Assembly (NCBI GenBank): GCA_002269645.1
Contig: NIVC01001814.1
Span: 1 to 64,000, forward strand
Length of the DNA: 64,000 bases
From: Macrostomum lignano
Lineage: Eukaryota
Direction of reading: 5' to 3'
The position numbers and the translations under genes were made by a program. Numbering within the stretch: position 1 is the first letter of the stretch; each line of letters begins with the position of its first letter. Below, in pieces: positions 39,111 through 57,701 of the stretch. The notes under the pieces were generated by a model. That model was given only the letters and a program-made list of their open reading frames with translations. It searched no databases and was not told the origin of the DNA.

Positions 39111-40394
39111 GAATATCATTCTTTCTATAACCAATAAAACTCAACGAACCTGCATTCTATGCATTGATTGTTTGATGTTTGTTTTTCTTATTGCTTTTCT
39201 ACAAATTAAACGGATAATATTTTTGGAACCGTGTATTCCTACTGTTTGAGAGTAGTGGCTTTTTTAGTAGTGCGTTTTTCGAAGTTTAGTGTCTTTGGAT
39301 TTTATGTAGTTAAACAAATAAATAATCTCGGCAGAGCAAGGGAAGGCAAAGAGAGTAGATGCAGAGGTGCCTCACTGGAGAGGCTGAAGCCAATCCTCAT
39401 TCGAGTTTCATTTGAGTGCGTTTGTTGTCCAGCCTTTCGCTTATCTATCGGATCCCTGGGGAGAGCTGATGAGAAGGCGGCTGCCTCCCAGTCAAGTAAA
39501 TTGAATTGCTGCTATTTTGGATCTGAGGCCGCAACATCATCAACACGAAAGCCTTATTTCTATTATATCAGATCACGATACCGAGGCTGCAATCTTGTCT
39601 GGCATTGTTTTCTTTACCGGATATTGCTAACTTAGTACAAAAATCTATTGAATTTATTAGTCAGTCAGTTTGCAAAGGGACTGTGGGCGCTGCGGAAAGT
39701 CAAGGCAGGAGACAGACATCCCGAGAAGGCAATCAGTGATGCTCATCCCCCCGAGCATGCACAGAGGGATACGTACGCAGGCTCACGCTCACACAGGGTG
39801 TACACTGGCCCTGACTTTCCAATCGTCAGGCATGTACAGTCTCTGTGCCTTGGGGATTTCACTTCTAAAAGCCTAAAATAGCGCGAAGACCCCAAATTGC
39901 TCCACAGAACTCAAGAAATCGGGCCCGAGAGTCAGAAGCGCTTCCACTCTGCTTCCACTGAACTGATCAGGGGTTCCGTATACTGCAGTCAGCTACTTGA
40001 GCTCACAGTTTGACTGGCTTGACAGCTATGATAAGCGAAGGCTCAAACTGCCTGCTCGCACACTTCAGCTCGTCTCTGCGTAGAAAAATATTGATCGCTG
40101 AATAGCCATAGCAAGTTCCAAAGCTTTTCAACAGCTGATTTTGATCTGAGCTGTTTGACAGCTTCGCTCAGCACAACTTCTCTGATGGTCTCTGCTTTAC
40201 CGACAATGCCAACTCCTTCAATTGCTGGCTGTGCAACTCTGTACAGATCAGCTTTTCCGTGATTCGCTCGATGACAATACCGCGTGCCATTGGTCCTCTC
40301 AAGATGGGGAGGGGCTATTTGAAGGACGAAATTCCTCTCTCGTAAAACCAATTCCTTCTTCTCAGTTCCAATATCCAGTCTAAAAGTCCGACAT

Positions 40395-41540
40395 ATGATC
40401 CCGCTGCCGCTGCTGTACACTCGGGTCGAGTGCAACGCCTCTGCCGGTGGCAGAAATTTCACCTGGGCCGACTGTCCGAGCCCCCTGGACCTGGAGGCCC
40501 GCATCCTGCTACCGCTGACCCTGACGGCCCTGCTGCTGAACCTCTGGGCCCTGCTGGTGTTCGCTAGACAACGGGTGACGAGCATCCTGCTGTTCTGGAT
40601 CTGGTGCCTCTGCGGCAGCGAGGTCTGCATGAACCTCTGCCTGTTCTGCCAGTTCGCCTTCTTCATGGCCGCCAAACCCTGCGACCGCTTTCCCCAATTC
40701 GACTCCGGAGGCCTCACTCCGCTGGTCTACCATTCTGGTGCCGTGTTGCAGACTCTGTCGCTTGCCGCGCTCTGCTTTCGCAACTGGAGCTTCGCAGTGC
40801 TGGCCGCTGTCCGCCTTGAGGCGGTGGTTCGAGTCTCCGCTCAGCGGCTGGTCAGCCTCGGCAGGAGCCGGCGTCTAGCTGTTGCTATAGCAACCGTCAG
40901 CCTGGCTGTGAACCTTGTGCGCAGCCTTCGAGTGCGCGCCGTCTACTGCCTCGACACGGACGACCAAGAAGAGTCTGGCGAGGCCGTCGTGCTGCCGTTC
41001 CTGTACGACAGCGCCTGGTTCTTCTACTTTGAGGCTTACGTTGCCGCCCTCATCCAGACGGTGGTGCCCCTGCTGTGCACCACCGCCATGTCCGGCGTCA
41101 CCGTTGCTAAGCTGGTTGCCAGGCGCCGCAGGAACCAGCAGTTGGGCTTGCGGAGACAGCAGGGCGGGGAAGGCGCCAGCGCCGAGGCCAGAGCGACTGA
41201 CGAGCAGCGCATCCAGACCATGGTGATGTACCTCTGCCTGACCTTCCTGCTGTTCGAGACGCCCGTGTTTGTGCTGTACAACCTGGAGCACTTCTTTGGC
41301 ATGTACTCGCTATTCTGGATCAGCAACACCTGCATTGTGCTGGACTCCATCAGCAACTTCTTCAGCTACATTCTCACCAACAGCCGCTTTCGGCGTAGTG
41401 TTTTCCGTTGCCAGCGGCCTGAAGATGAACGCAGGGGCCGCTCGACACTTCCAACAGAGAGGCTTGCGTTGAAGCAGCGCTCCTCAGGCAGGCAGGGACT
41501 CGGCCAGGTGCCTCCCACTGCTGACAGACCTGGCAGATAG
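40395..41540 (+). CDS. Intronless rhodopsin-like (class A) orphan GPCR, 381 aa, FMRFamide-receptor/PROF-like
   Basis: Seven hydrophobic segments, N-glycosylation sites (NAS, NFT), TM3 RNWSF..LAAVRLEAV, TM6 FLLFETP, TM7 SISNFFSY, helix 8 RFRR. Confidence 0.88.
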   Translation: MIPLPLLYTRVECNASAGGRNFTWADCPSPLDLEARILLPLTLTALLLNLWALLVFARQRVTSILLFWIWCLCGSEVCMNLCLFCQFAFFMAAKPCDRFPQFDSGGLTPLVYHSGAVLQTLSLAALCFRNWSFAVLAAVRLEAVVRVSAQRLVSLGRSRRLAVAIATVSLAVNLVRSLRVRAVYCLDTDDQEESGEAVVLPFLYDSAWFFYFEAYVAALIQTVVPLLCTTAMSGVTVAKLVARRRRNQQLGLRRQQGGEGASAEARATDEQRIQTMVMYLCLTFLLFETPVFVLYNLEHFFGMYSLFWISNTCIVLDSISNFFSYILTNSRFRRSVFRCQRPEDERRGRSTLPTERLALKQRSSGRQGLGQVPPTADRPGR

Positions 41541-41556
41541 ACTTGTACTCGTTTTG

Positions 41557-41851
<295 letters not shown>

Positions 41852-42155
41852 GTAGAATCTTCTATCATCTCTTGTAAATTTGCTATTGTATTTAAATGCT
41901 AATTAATGCTTGCCATTCCAAGTAAAAGCACATGAAGCAGTGTTTACTGATCTCACTCAGTTTTCTTTATGCAAAAGATGACAGCTTGCAAAGGCATGAT
42001 TAGGCTTCGGATTCCGGCACAAACCTCGCAGTGAAATCATTGAGTCAGATTTTTTATGCATTCTGGACCGAAAATACTGTTGGGACTCGGGATAAGAGAA
42101 AGAATCCTTAGTAAAGGGATGTCAACTTACTCCCGGAATGGAAGCGATGTACCGA

Positions 42156-42935
42156 GGTATGGGATAGACTAGGGTATGGGATAGACTAGGGTATGGGATA
42201 GACTAAGGTATGGGATAGACTAGGGTATGGGATAGACTAGGGTATGGGATAGACTAGGGTATGGGATAGACTAGGGTATGGGATAGACTAGGGTATGGGA
42301 TAGACTAGGGTATGGGATAGACTAGGGTATGGGATAGACTAGGGTATGGGATAGACTAGGGTATGAGATAGGCTAGGGTATGGGATAGACTAGGGTATGG
42401 GATAGACTAGGGTATGAGATAGGCTAGGGTATGGGATAGACTAGGGTATGGGATAGACTAGGGTATGGGATAGACTAGGGTATGGGATAGACTAGGGTAT
42501 GGGATAGACTAGGGTATGGGATAGACTAGGGTATGGGATAGACTAGGGTATGGGATAGACTAGGGTATGGGATAGACTAGGGTATGGGATAGGCTAGGGT
42601 ATGGGATAGACTAGGGTATGGGATAGACTAGGGTATGGGATAGACTAGGGTATGGGATAGACTAGGGTATGAGATAGGCTAGGGTATGGGATAGACTAGG
42701 GTATGGGATAGACTAGGGTACGGGATAGACTAGGGTATGGGATAGACTAGGGTATGGGATAGACTAGGGTATGGGATAGACTAGGGTATGGGATAGACTA
42801 GGGTATGAGATAGGCTAGGGTATGGGATAGACTAGGGTATGGGATAGACTAGGGTACGGGATAGACTAGGGTATGGGATAGACTAGGGTATGGGATAGAC
42901 TAGGGTATGGGATAGACTAGGTTATGGGATAGACT
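42156..42935. repeat. 17-bp tandem repeat (GGGTATGGGATAGACTA)n, ~46 copies
   Basis: Period measured from 42164 to 42181. Confidence 0.96.
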
Positions 42936-43612
42936 TGGGATGAAACTTCTTCGGCAGCTCAACAACAGCTTAAAGTGCTTTTTACGAAAACGCAGGGAAA
43001 AATCGAGAGTTTTTAGCCTTCATTCCCACTCCCAGCTGATCGGCAGGGCCTTCTGAGAGAGCGAGTGCTCGAGGATAAACTGAAATTGGGATGCTCATCC
43101 TTAGTAGAATTTGAGAGGGCAAAAGGAAGCTCAGTTAGTCCCTGTGTCTTGAGAACTTCACCCTTCGAATGAGGAACCCGGCATTTTTCTATCTTGGTCG
43201 AAATTGAAGAGTAGAAGTGTGCAGTCGGGGCGCAAAATCCTCACTAATCGGATGGAGTTATCTTCCACTAATTGGCGATTTCTGTGAACAGCAATCCCTT
43301 CTATTGTATTGCATGTGGGCGTTGAGTTGTCTAGGGGAGGCTGCAGTAATAGAAGTACTAGAAGAAACAATATTAATACAGCAGCGGCGGCGGCGGCGGA
43401 GACTAGCGGTCGACCTCCACGTGATGCCCCTGGGTAACGAACCGCAACCTCCACCAAGCCTGGTGCGCGACTTCCTGGCGAGGCTCTTATACAGTGCCTC
43501 TCTCAGCAGCAGCTCCTTCGTGGACAGCAGCTTCCAGGTGCCTCTCCACAGACTTGGATGTCTGTGACGTCCCCGTTCCTTGCAGCAAGGCTGACATCGG
43601 GGCATGCGGTGA

Positions 43613-43614
<2 letters not shown>

Positions 43615-43675
<61 letters not shown>
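43615..43675. repeat. (GA)n microsatellite
   Basis: Direct reading. Confidence 0.93.
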
Positions 43676-43678
<3 letters not shown>

Positions 43679-45724
43679 TCTGCTAAAAAGGAGATTATTA
43701 CTCGAATTCGAATGCTTAGGCCTAGGCTGGAAGCGAGGCAGAAAAATCTCTTAATCCCCGAGTTTTCGGGTGAAATTTTCTAGGCGTTGGCTTAATTAAA
43801 CACGGCCTGATTAACAACAGTGGCTTTAATCAACGTGCGTCAGTTGAAATGCCGTCTATACAGTCCTAGTTGCGCTCTCTGGTTGCTTTAGATGGATTAA
43901 ATCAGGTTTTCCTGACGCAATGCATGCGGCCTTGCTGGTATAATTAAAACTAAAAGCTTGCTTTTCTCAGCGTCTGTCTGTACATCCGCGGCACTGGCTT
44001 TTAGGCATGCAGCACCGAGAGGCCCATTCCACTTATTTGCAAGCTTCGCAATTAAAGAAAAGCCGATATGTGCCTATTATGATCGATATACAAGCACTCA
44101 AGTCGTGTTCATAGAAAAGGACGACAACAGGTGCATCTCAGTCTTTGAAGCGGATACAATTAGTCAACTTGCGCTTCGAATTTCTTCTAGTAAAAAACCG
44201 TTGAGAAACTTTGACTATGGAAAATTTTATTTAAGAAAAGTCGAAAAATTTAGTTGCAAATGTTAAAACAGTGCCTAAAAAGTCTTCACTCTCATTAGTA
44301 AAAAACCCATATTATTTTAAAATTTTCTGATTGTGCTGTTTACGTACATGTACACATAAATGTTGTTCCAAATACATGTCATTTATTGTGCAATGAATCG
44401 ATGCGATTTTTTTTCTGTTTTATGTGCTTCACGTGCTTACATGGGCCTAGAATAATTAATCTTAAAATTTATATTTCTTTATAGCTGTGTAAATATTTTT
44501 TTATTTCTATATATGAGCTGAATATGAACTAACTGTAAGAGATTGACCGATTTCGTAAGTCTGCTGTTAGCTTGGAATAAAATTTGACTTTACTACTTCT
44601 GGGCTGGGAAGAAACCCGCGAAAAATCTAAATGTTTTGTATAATATCGGAACCAGGACCACTGTAGTATAAGTATAAGGTGACATTAAACTCAAAGATCA
44701 TGTGCCGTAATTTTTGGAGGCCAATTTCCTGGCCTTTATTCCAAAACTGAACCTTGTGCTTGTTTTTTTTCCGTAATCGTTTTTACTAAGATAATATTTA
44801 AACAAATTAAAAGTAAATCAGGGAGTAGATGCGCAAACAAATATCTGAAACACCGATTGCAAAGATAAATTTAAAACATTTATAGTTTTGTAAGAAAAAA
44901 AATCGTGTTCTGTAATTTAGTTGTCATGGTACTCGATAACTTTCAAATATTTTATCTCACTTTCGTTAACCAATTAACTTCATTGCATCAACAATCACAT
45001 ATTTTGGATTAAAACATATCTTGAGTCTTGTTCCTAAACAAGACTATAAAATATATAAAATATAAAATATTTTACGCCTTGATAGTTTTAATTGGATAAA
45101 TTTTTATATACGATAGAATTACACAGCAGCGCCAGCGGGTCGACTTCCATTTGTTGTATTAATATCAAATACTTTTTACATAGTATGATTGAAGGTTGTA
45201 ATATATTTAGTTGATGTGTGTCCTAAAATATTTATAGCATTCATCAATGTATTTCTTTACCTTTTTAGACACTCCTGATTCTGATTTTGATTTATGGTTT
45301 ACCTTAAATAAGATTTTTTCATTTTAATCTCGAAATTGAAATGGTCTTTTTAGATAAAAAATCGACTTATCTTTTGGGCGAACGTACTTGTTACAAATTA
45401 AGAAATTATTTCTCCGTGAAAGTAGAAAAATGTTTTTATTGTATAGAACTTTACCTATAAATATACCTTTATTTCTAGATCAACTCCAAAACAGTAAATT
45501 TGCATTTTCATTTAAATTTCAATGTTTATATGTTATGTGTATTTTCAGCTCAAAAAATTAATATAGCATTGTGTTCTAGTATGGATAAGTTGTGTCTGTA
45601 AATTGACTTTTAAAAAATTGCAAAAATAAAATTTGGAAGAAAGCGTCTGACGATGCTGAATACTAACCTATAAAAAGCGATTGATAACGTTTCAGCAAGA
45701 AGGTAGCCATCGACCAACGCAGCC

Positions 45725-47535
45725 ATGGTGTACAACTACACGAAGCCGCGCGGTCCCGTAGCCGCCATGTACAGCAGCCCGGGCCCCAAGTACGGCCTGC
45801 CCGGCTTGGTGGGCCAGCCGCACCACGACCCCCGCTCCGTGCACACCCGCGGCCCCGCCTACCCCTTCGGCATTCGACACGGAAAGTTCAGAGACGACTC
45901 GAGCCCGGGACCTTGCTATTTGCCCGGCGCTAGAATTTTCCGCGACGGCAAAGATGGCACGCCGCAGTACTCGCTGTACGGCCGCCCCAAGGACGGTACA
46001 ATGTTCTCAGCGCCCGGACCCGGCGCCTACAAGACCGACAACACCAACAAGGAGATCTACAGCAAGGCACCGGCCTACAGCTTCGGCGTCCGCCACATGG
46101 AATTCCGCACTGACAACACCCCCGGTGAGACTGCCTGCTTCGACTGGCCTTCGTCACTTGCAGCAGTGCTTCCCTACCGGTTGCTTCCCTACCGGTTGCT
46201 TCCCTACCGGTTGCTTCCCTACCGGTTGCTTCCCTACCGGTTGCTTCCCTACCGGTTGCTTCCCTACCGGTTGCTTCCCTACCGGTTGCTTCCCTACCGG
46301 TTGCTTCCCTACCGGTTGCTTCCCTACCGGTTGCTTCCCTACCGGTTGCTTCCCTACCGGTTGCTTCCCTACCGGTTGCTTCCCTACCGGTTGCTTCCCT
46401 ACCGTTTGCTTCCCTACCGGTTGCTTCCCTACCGGTTGCTTCCCTACCGGTTGCTTCCCTACCGGTTGCTTCCCTACTTGTTCATCATTGTTTCTTTAGC
46501 TCGTACCTACTTTTCCACATCCCTACCAATCCATCCACATCCCTGCCAATCTATCCACACCCCCTGCCAATCTATCCACATCCCTCCCAATCTATCCACA
46601 TCCCTGCCAAGCTCTCTACTGGTTGCTTACCTAACTGGTTAACAATATTCGCAACCCGCAGGACCCAACGCGTACACGCCGGACCCCATGCTGGGCAAGA
46701 CACTGCGCAGCGAGAAAAAAGCGGCGCCGAGCTACACTTTGGTTGGCCGGTCAAAAGTCGGCGGATTCCACGAGGACCTGCAAAGGGTGCGTATCGGTTG
46801 CATTGAAAACTCAGTAATACCATAAAACCATAGAGTAATTTAAAGCTACGTTAGCCTATCGTATCGCTCGAAAAACATTTCTCGCTCAGACACCGGGCCC
46901 AGGCGCCTACAGCGTGACATCGCCCGGCAAGTACAAGAGCACGCCGCCAGCCTACAGCATGACCAGCCGCAACCCCATGCCGGGTGACAGCACCACCAAG
47001 CCGGGGCCTGGAGCCCACTCGCCTGAGACAGTGAGTCTGTTTGATTAATGTTGCTAATCTGTTATGTTGCGAGCATGCACCCACCCCTCCTCCAGTGTAT
47101 TTCTATCATTAGCTCATCAAAACACCCACCCCTCCTCCACTGTGTCTATCATTGGCTCATCAAAAAACCCACCCCTCCTCCACTGTGTCTATCATTGGCT
47201 CATCAAAACACCCACCCTCCTCCGCTGTCTATCATTGGCTCATCAAAACACCCACCCCTCCTCCACTGTGTCTATCATTGGCTCATCAAAACACCCACCC
47301 CTCATCCGCTGTCTATCATTGGCTCATCAAAACACCCACCCTCCTCCGCTGTCTATCATTGGCTTATCAAAACACCCACCCCTCCTCCACCACGCGCACC
47401 CTAGCAAGCCAAACAAAACCAAACCCTCGATTGCAGGGCTATTACAAGACAAAGCGAGGCACACCAGCGTTCAGCTTCGGCATCCGGCACTCGCAGTACA
47501 AAGGCGAGTCCATCACGGACGCCGATCTGCAGTGA
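45725..47535 (+). CDS. ODF3: Outer dense fiber protein 3 / SHIPPO-repeat ciliary microtubule-associated protein; join(45725..46124,46662..46786,46890..47030,47437..47535), 254 aa
   Basis: Repeated SPGP/PGPGAY and PAYSFG motifs; all introns GT-AG with consistent phases; total 765 nt. Confidence 0.93.
46169..46478. repeat. 15-bp repeat (CCCTACCGGTTGCTT)n in ODF3 intron 1
   Basis: 5-aa periodic read-through ORF. Confidence 0.93.
47075..47395. repeat. ~43-bp repeat in ODF3 intron 3
   Basis: Period measured from 47104 to 47147. Confidence 0.88.
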
Positions 47536-49444
47536 GAGACGCATTGAAGGTTTTAAAACTGAAGCAATTCTTCATAGACGTCGTCTTAACAAATGCGTAT
47601 TTTGCGTCCTTTATAAATACCTTGACCTGTCAATCAAATAATTTTATAATTCCATGTCGCTATTAGTAGTATAAAGAGTTCCTGTTGGATATCAATGAGT
47701 TTTTTAGTTTGATAGCGAAATGGTTAACTTCTGTCAGAGCATCAGTTAACAAGGTTATTTTTCATATTACGTACGAATGATAATTAAGGCGATTTTTAGC
47801 ATATTTATTATACGTGCGCATTACTCTTATGGCAAGTAACTGACTTAAGTTTTTATATAATCGCTATTGTACTGCTGTATAACCTGGCCTCAGACTTCCT
47901 CAATAGGATCTTCCACAGCTGGCTCACTACTTGTATGCGCGTTGCCATAAAATTATTTTTGTTAGTTTCTATCGACCAAAAACTACCCTGATTTTTATTA
48001 ATAGTATAGAGAAATCGTTCTACAACTTTACAAGCTGCTTATGTAAGTATTGGTTTAAACTAATATATAATAAATACGAAACTTTTTTTTAATTAGACTA
48101 CTGTAGTAAGTAGTCTCGTCCGGACATAATTTGTTGAAAAAGGAAAAGGATCCTTAGTTAACAGATAAGGAAAGCAAAGCATATGATGTTGTTTATTTCT
48201 GGAAACTAATTTTGTCTTTTGGCGACATCGTCCCACGACCAGCGCTGACGGCAACTCTGCACATTCCGAGCTGAGTCCTGAGCACATGCACAAGCCCGCC
48301 AATACTGTACTCAGGCACGCATTCATACACACGCTCACACAAACTAAATATTTTAGCATTTTAATTGACCAACTTTGGCCATAGACAAGAGTTTCGGGCG
48401 GTCCGACAATTTACGATAGGCATCTATTTTTTCAGAGAGTCGACAGCATTTTCAGCCAATTGGAATTATTGACTTGTAGCTTATTTCAATCAGCCGATCA
48501 ATTTTGCCGTCGGGTAAGCCTGCATGACTTTGTTTGAGCTGCATAATAGCCAGCGTAGTTCATCCCACAGCATATTATCCCATAGTAGCAGTCTTGTAAA
48601 ATTGGTATCAGTTTGTTTTGTTATAAACAGAAATCAGCTGCTGCTGCTTGGAGCGGCAGGCCAATTCTGCCCTGTACAGAACTGCTTGTAGATGCAGTCT
48701 CCCATTCAATCCCTTTCCCTACATAGAATAGAGAGGAGCGCCTCTCCCCTTGATACTCTGCGCAGCCTTTTACTGACTGGCAGTGGATAGGAGGACTAAG
48801 AGAGCACTTGTGCGTGAGAGGCAGGCAGAGAGAGAGACACGGAGCGAGGGAGGTACGCCAGTTCGCATGAAAAAATCAATAATACGCATATATTGGCGGC
48901 TGTATGTGGCCTCCCGCCCTGCACAGCGGTCGTACTCAATGACAATGTACTCACTCACTCCTCAGTGTGCACTTTGCACTGCCCCACCTACTCCAGCCTG
49001 CCCGTGTCCCTTCCTCCTGCTCCCCAATCCCGCCACTGAGTCTCCAGTGCGTGGGGGGGGGGCGCCGCGGCTAGCCAAACTCAGATTTGCTGGGGTTAAC
49101 TTCACCTCCCCTATCTATAGCACTGCGCCCAGCATCCCTGCGCTAATCCTGATCTCGTTGCTGGACTGCCTAACCACCCAAAATCCCAGGTATTGAAGCG
49201 TTGAGGCTCTGGTCGACCCCATCATTACTATCTCTAAGCGTTGAACTCCTTCAAGCAGACCTGGATTCGATTCAGGGAGCAGCTGCTGCGGCAGCCAGGC
49301 GAATTGTGAGTTGCGCCGAAATCTTTTGTACTTTTTCAACAACGGTTTTAGTTCCGAGAAAGTCTGTAATTAAAATTAATTGATTGATACAGATGAAACT
49401 GTGTTTTAGCTTCTGAAAATTCCTACCAAACAACCCCCCTCTTA

Positions 49445-49690
49445 ATCCCCCGACTCTCCCTCCTTCTCCCTCTCCTATCTCCCCTCCCTCTACCCATCTC
49501 CCTCTCCTATCTCCCCTTCCTCTACCCATCTCCCTCTCCTATCTCCCCTCCCTCTACCCATCTCCCTCTCCTATCTCCCCTCCCTCTACCCATCTCCCTC
49601 TCCTATCTCCCCTCCCTCTACCCATCTCCCTCTCCTATCTCCCCTCCCTCTACCCATCTCCCTCTCCTATCTCCCCTCCCTCTACCCATC
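49445..49690. repeat. 32-bp polypyrimidine repeat followed by a CT-rich tract
   Basis: Period measured from 49504 to 49536. Confidence 0.88.
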
Positions 49691-50056
49691 TCCCTCTCCC
49701 TCCCTCTTTCTCCTCTCCCTCCCCCTCTCCCTTTCCTTCTCTCCCCTCCCTCTCCCTCTCTTTCCCCTCTCTCTCTGCCTCTCTCCCTCTCCCTTGCCCC
49801 TCTAACTCGTGCTCTTTTTCTCTTCTCCCCCTTCTGTCTCTCGCTCATTCTCTGTCTTTAGCAACGAAGGATCTCATGAGTTACTTTATTTATACCTGCT
49901 ACTCATATTCTTTTAATTTTCTGCTAAAATACAGTCACTCCATGTCATTCTGGCTCTACCACAGTCCATACTATCTTCATCCTATTGTGTTGATTTGATT
50001 GAATAACCATTGTCATCCACCTGTCTTTACTCTCAACCTCTCGATTTGGCATTCAG

Positions 50057-54784
<4,728 letters not shown>

Positions 54785-55654
54785 ACTTTGAGCCAAGGCG
54801 CACAAGCGGACAAGTGATTTCTGCTGTCCGCCAAATACCTTCCCATCTTTAACTTGAACTCGTCCAGCGTGAGCGGCCCGCTCACAGCCAAGTAAGCCCA
54901 TGGTTCCGACTCTACAGAGTTTAAGTCTGCTGATATTCTGGCTTGAAATGAATATTAGCTCGCTACTATTAGTAGAGCGAGTGCTTTTAAGCAGATTTTT
55001 CATTATTCACCGATAATATTAGAACTGAAGTGTTATTGCCAAGTTCAGCAGTTCATGTGGGTTGGGTTAAGATATTTCCTGCAAATTTCCTGCCTCAGCT
55101 TCTTTCTAGCTGCATTTTTTGTGCTCATTAGAAGAACAGACCACCGTGATTTTCTGAGATCTCTTGCTTGGCATCTCGTACTTCAAGTTTTTGATTGTGT
55201 ATTTACCTGGACTCAGCATGAGCCAGTTCTCTGCAAGGGTTATCAAGGATGTCCCTGAATTGCGTATTCACAGGGCTGGCACACTCTGACTTAATTACTG
55301 TCTGTCCAAATTGGATTTTTGCAATTGATTTTTTGACACCATGGCGGCCACCGCCTCAACTCAAAAGTCCTGATTTCTCATCGCCCCTCCCCCAACATTG
55401 CCGCTTTCCTTGTTTTCTCTGACCGGCTCTCGCACACGACCATTCATATTAATATGCATTACATTATCCAACCATATATTATTACTGGTATTGTCTTTAT
55501 TATTAAGAAATAAATGCTGATGATTTGCTCGAGAAGGTTTGAAGGGAAATTGCAAAAAATCAAAAGTTAACTATAAAATAAGTCTTTCTTTCATTCGAAT
55601 TCAATCAGTCTTCTTTGCTGGCGAGAGTTATTGCTTACAAATGATTACTGTGTC

Positions 55655-56335
55655 TGTCAGAGTGTCTTAAGAGTCTGTCCTAGTGTCTTTAGTGCCTGTC
55701 TGAGTGTCTTAGTGTCTGTCCTGGTGTCTTAAGGGCTGTCATAGTGTCTGTCCTGGTGTCTTAAGAGCTGTCTGAGTGTCTTTAGTACCTGTATGAATGT
55801 CTTTAGTGTCTGTCAGAGTGTCTTAGTGTCTGTCCTAGTGTCTTAAGGGCTGTCTGAGTGTCTTTAGTACCTGTATGAATGTCTTTAGTGTCTATCAGAG
55901 TGTCTTAGTGTCTGTCCTAGTGTCTTAAGGGCTGTCTGAGTGTCTTTAGTGCCTGTATGAATGTCTTTAGTGTCTATCAGAGTGTCTTAGTGTCTGTCCT
56001 AGTGTCTTAAGGGCTGTCTGAGTGTCTTTAGTGCCTGTATGATTGTCTTTAGTGTCTGTCAGAGTGTCTTAGTGTCTGTCCTAGTGTCTTAAGGGCTGTC
56101 TGAGTGTCTTTAGTGCCTGTATGAATGTCTTTAGTGTCTGTCAGAGTGTCTTAGTGTCTGTCCTAGTGTCTTAAGGGTGTCTGAGTGTCTTTAGTGCCTG
56201 TATGAATGTCTTTAGTGTCTGTCAGAGTGTCTCAGTGTCTGTCCTAGTGTCTTAAGAGCTGTCTGAGTGTCTTTAGTGCCTGTATGAATGTCTTTATTGC
56301 CTGTCTGAGTACCTTAGTTTCCTATAGTGTCAGTG
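55655..56335. repeat. 82-bp compound satellite built from TGTC/TTAGTGTC subunits, ~8 copies
   Basis: Period measured from 55801 to 55883. Confidence 0.9.
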
Positions 56336-57701
56336 TCTGTCTGCCCTGTCCATCTCATTACTCCTATTCTAGTGCATTCCGATGAAAGTGTCCCCACCTG
56401 TTGCTGCCCCCCCCCCAACTCTCTTCTTGTCCCGAGCAACCGAAGGCCGCTTTGATGGCCGCTTTCAGAGCCACAAAAGCAACAGCTTAAGAAAAAATGG
56501 AGGAAAATGTTAAAGAGGCTGGTTGGTAGGTTTCCTGGCCTATTGTGCAGCAGTAGTGTCTCAGTGGAAATATGTTTTCTGCATTTATATTAAAAGTGCT
56601 TTCTTGTCGCGGGCAGCCAGAAGCACCTGTCCCACATTTCCCCTTCTTCTTTCCCTAAATTTCTGCTTTGCTTGTCTTGTTGCCATGGAGCTCGGGTGCA
56701 GGCACAGGCAAGGCGTACCCCAAACAGTCCTTGCTCTCCCGTTCCCAAAATTCATAAGCCAGGCAAATTAAAAGGAACTTGAAAGAAATCAGTTAGTAGG
56801 AGCGTACAGTTGCACAACCATCTGTTGTAAAATTTAGTTTAATATAGGCGGATACACACAAGACTGAGAATTTTGATAACTTAGAAAAAATAGTACAATT
56901 CTTAGATGATGTACAAAACCGAAGCTTGCACTCGAGAGATCGTGAATAAAGAGAAAAAATAGTCCAATAATAGAAGCGCCAATTGTTTTAAAACGGACAA
57001 GTGAAAGATAACTTGTTCTGTTGCACAAAGAATAGCATAGAGAGGCGGAGCAGAGTGAATACTATCGTGGAACTGAGTCACCAAACCGTGATCTATGAGC
57101 ATTTTTTGCTCGTCAGGTGCGTAGCTTGGGTGCCCTCTTGGGGATAATTATGACGCATCTGTGCATGATAAGTCTTCTAGCTGTCTTCTAATGGCCGCGG
57201 CTGAAGAAGATAAACAAAACAGTTTTTTTCGAATCTGAGAAGGTGCTCTGAACTCGCAGAATTCGCAAATGGTCCAACAACGACACTGAAAATGTCAATC
57301 CGGTGCTAAAGCCAATGTAATCTCCCTAGTGGCCTCGTGGGTATCCAAAGCATCACCTGAGCCCGCCCACTTAGCCTCCCCTAATCTCAATGCAATGCGT
57401 GAGTTCAATGCACTTCTCCTATTTCGTGAACTTTTCAGCGACCTTTTTTTCCAAAGACTATCGTCATTGTTTACAGCTGCGATTTGGTGGGTGCACGGCC
57501 TGAATGTGACTGCAGGAATCAGGTTATCACTATTTATCAATAGAAATCAGAAGTGCTCAGCAAATTAGGCAAGTTCTAGTAAACGGATACTGAAATAGTC
57601 TTACAATTCGAAAAGTACCACGAATGGAGCATTGCTCAACAGTTATCTATGCAATGCCGGTGTTTACAGCTCAAGGCATCAAGCGAAACATGACGCTATT
57701 G

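Noticed and set aside
40043-41356. Several overlapping ORFs around the GPCR (similar ones overlap PPEF, OSBPL and the receptor)
   Set aside because: They are shadow frames of GC-rich coding sequence with no recognisable motifs.
43258-43605. LWRGTWKLLSTKELL looked like a bestrophin N-terminus
   Set aside because: The following residues are charged rather than transmembrane, and no further bestrophin exons (e.g. RFP motif) were found.
45725-46642. 305-aa single-exon ORF with (YRLLP)n
   Set aside because: It is read-through of ODF3 exon 1 into the 15-bp intronic repeat; the true donor is at 46124/46125.
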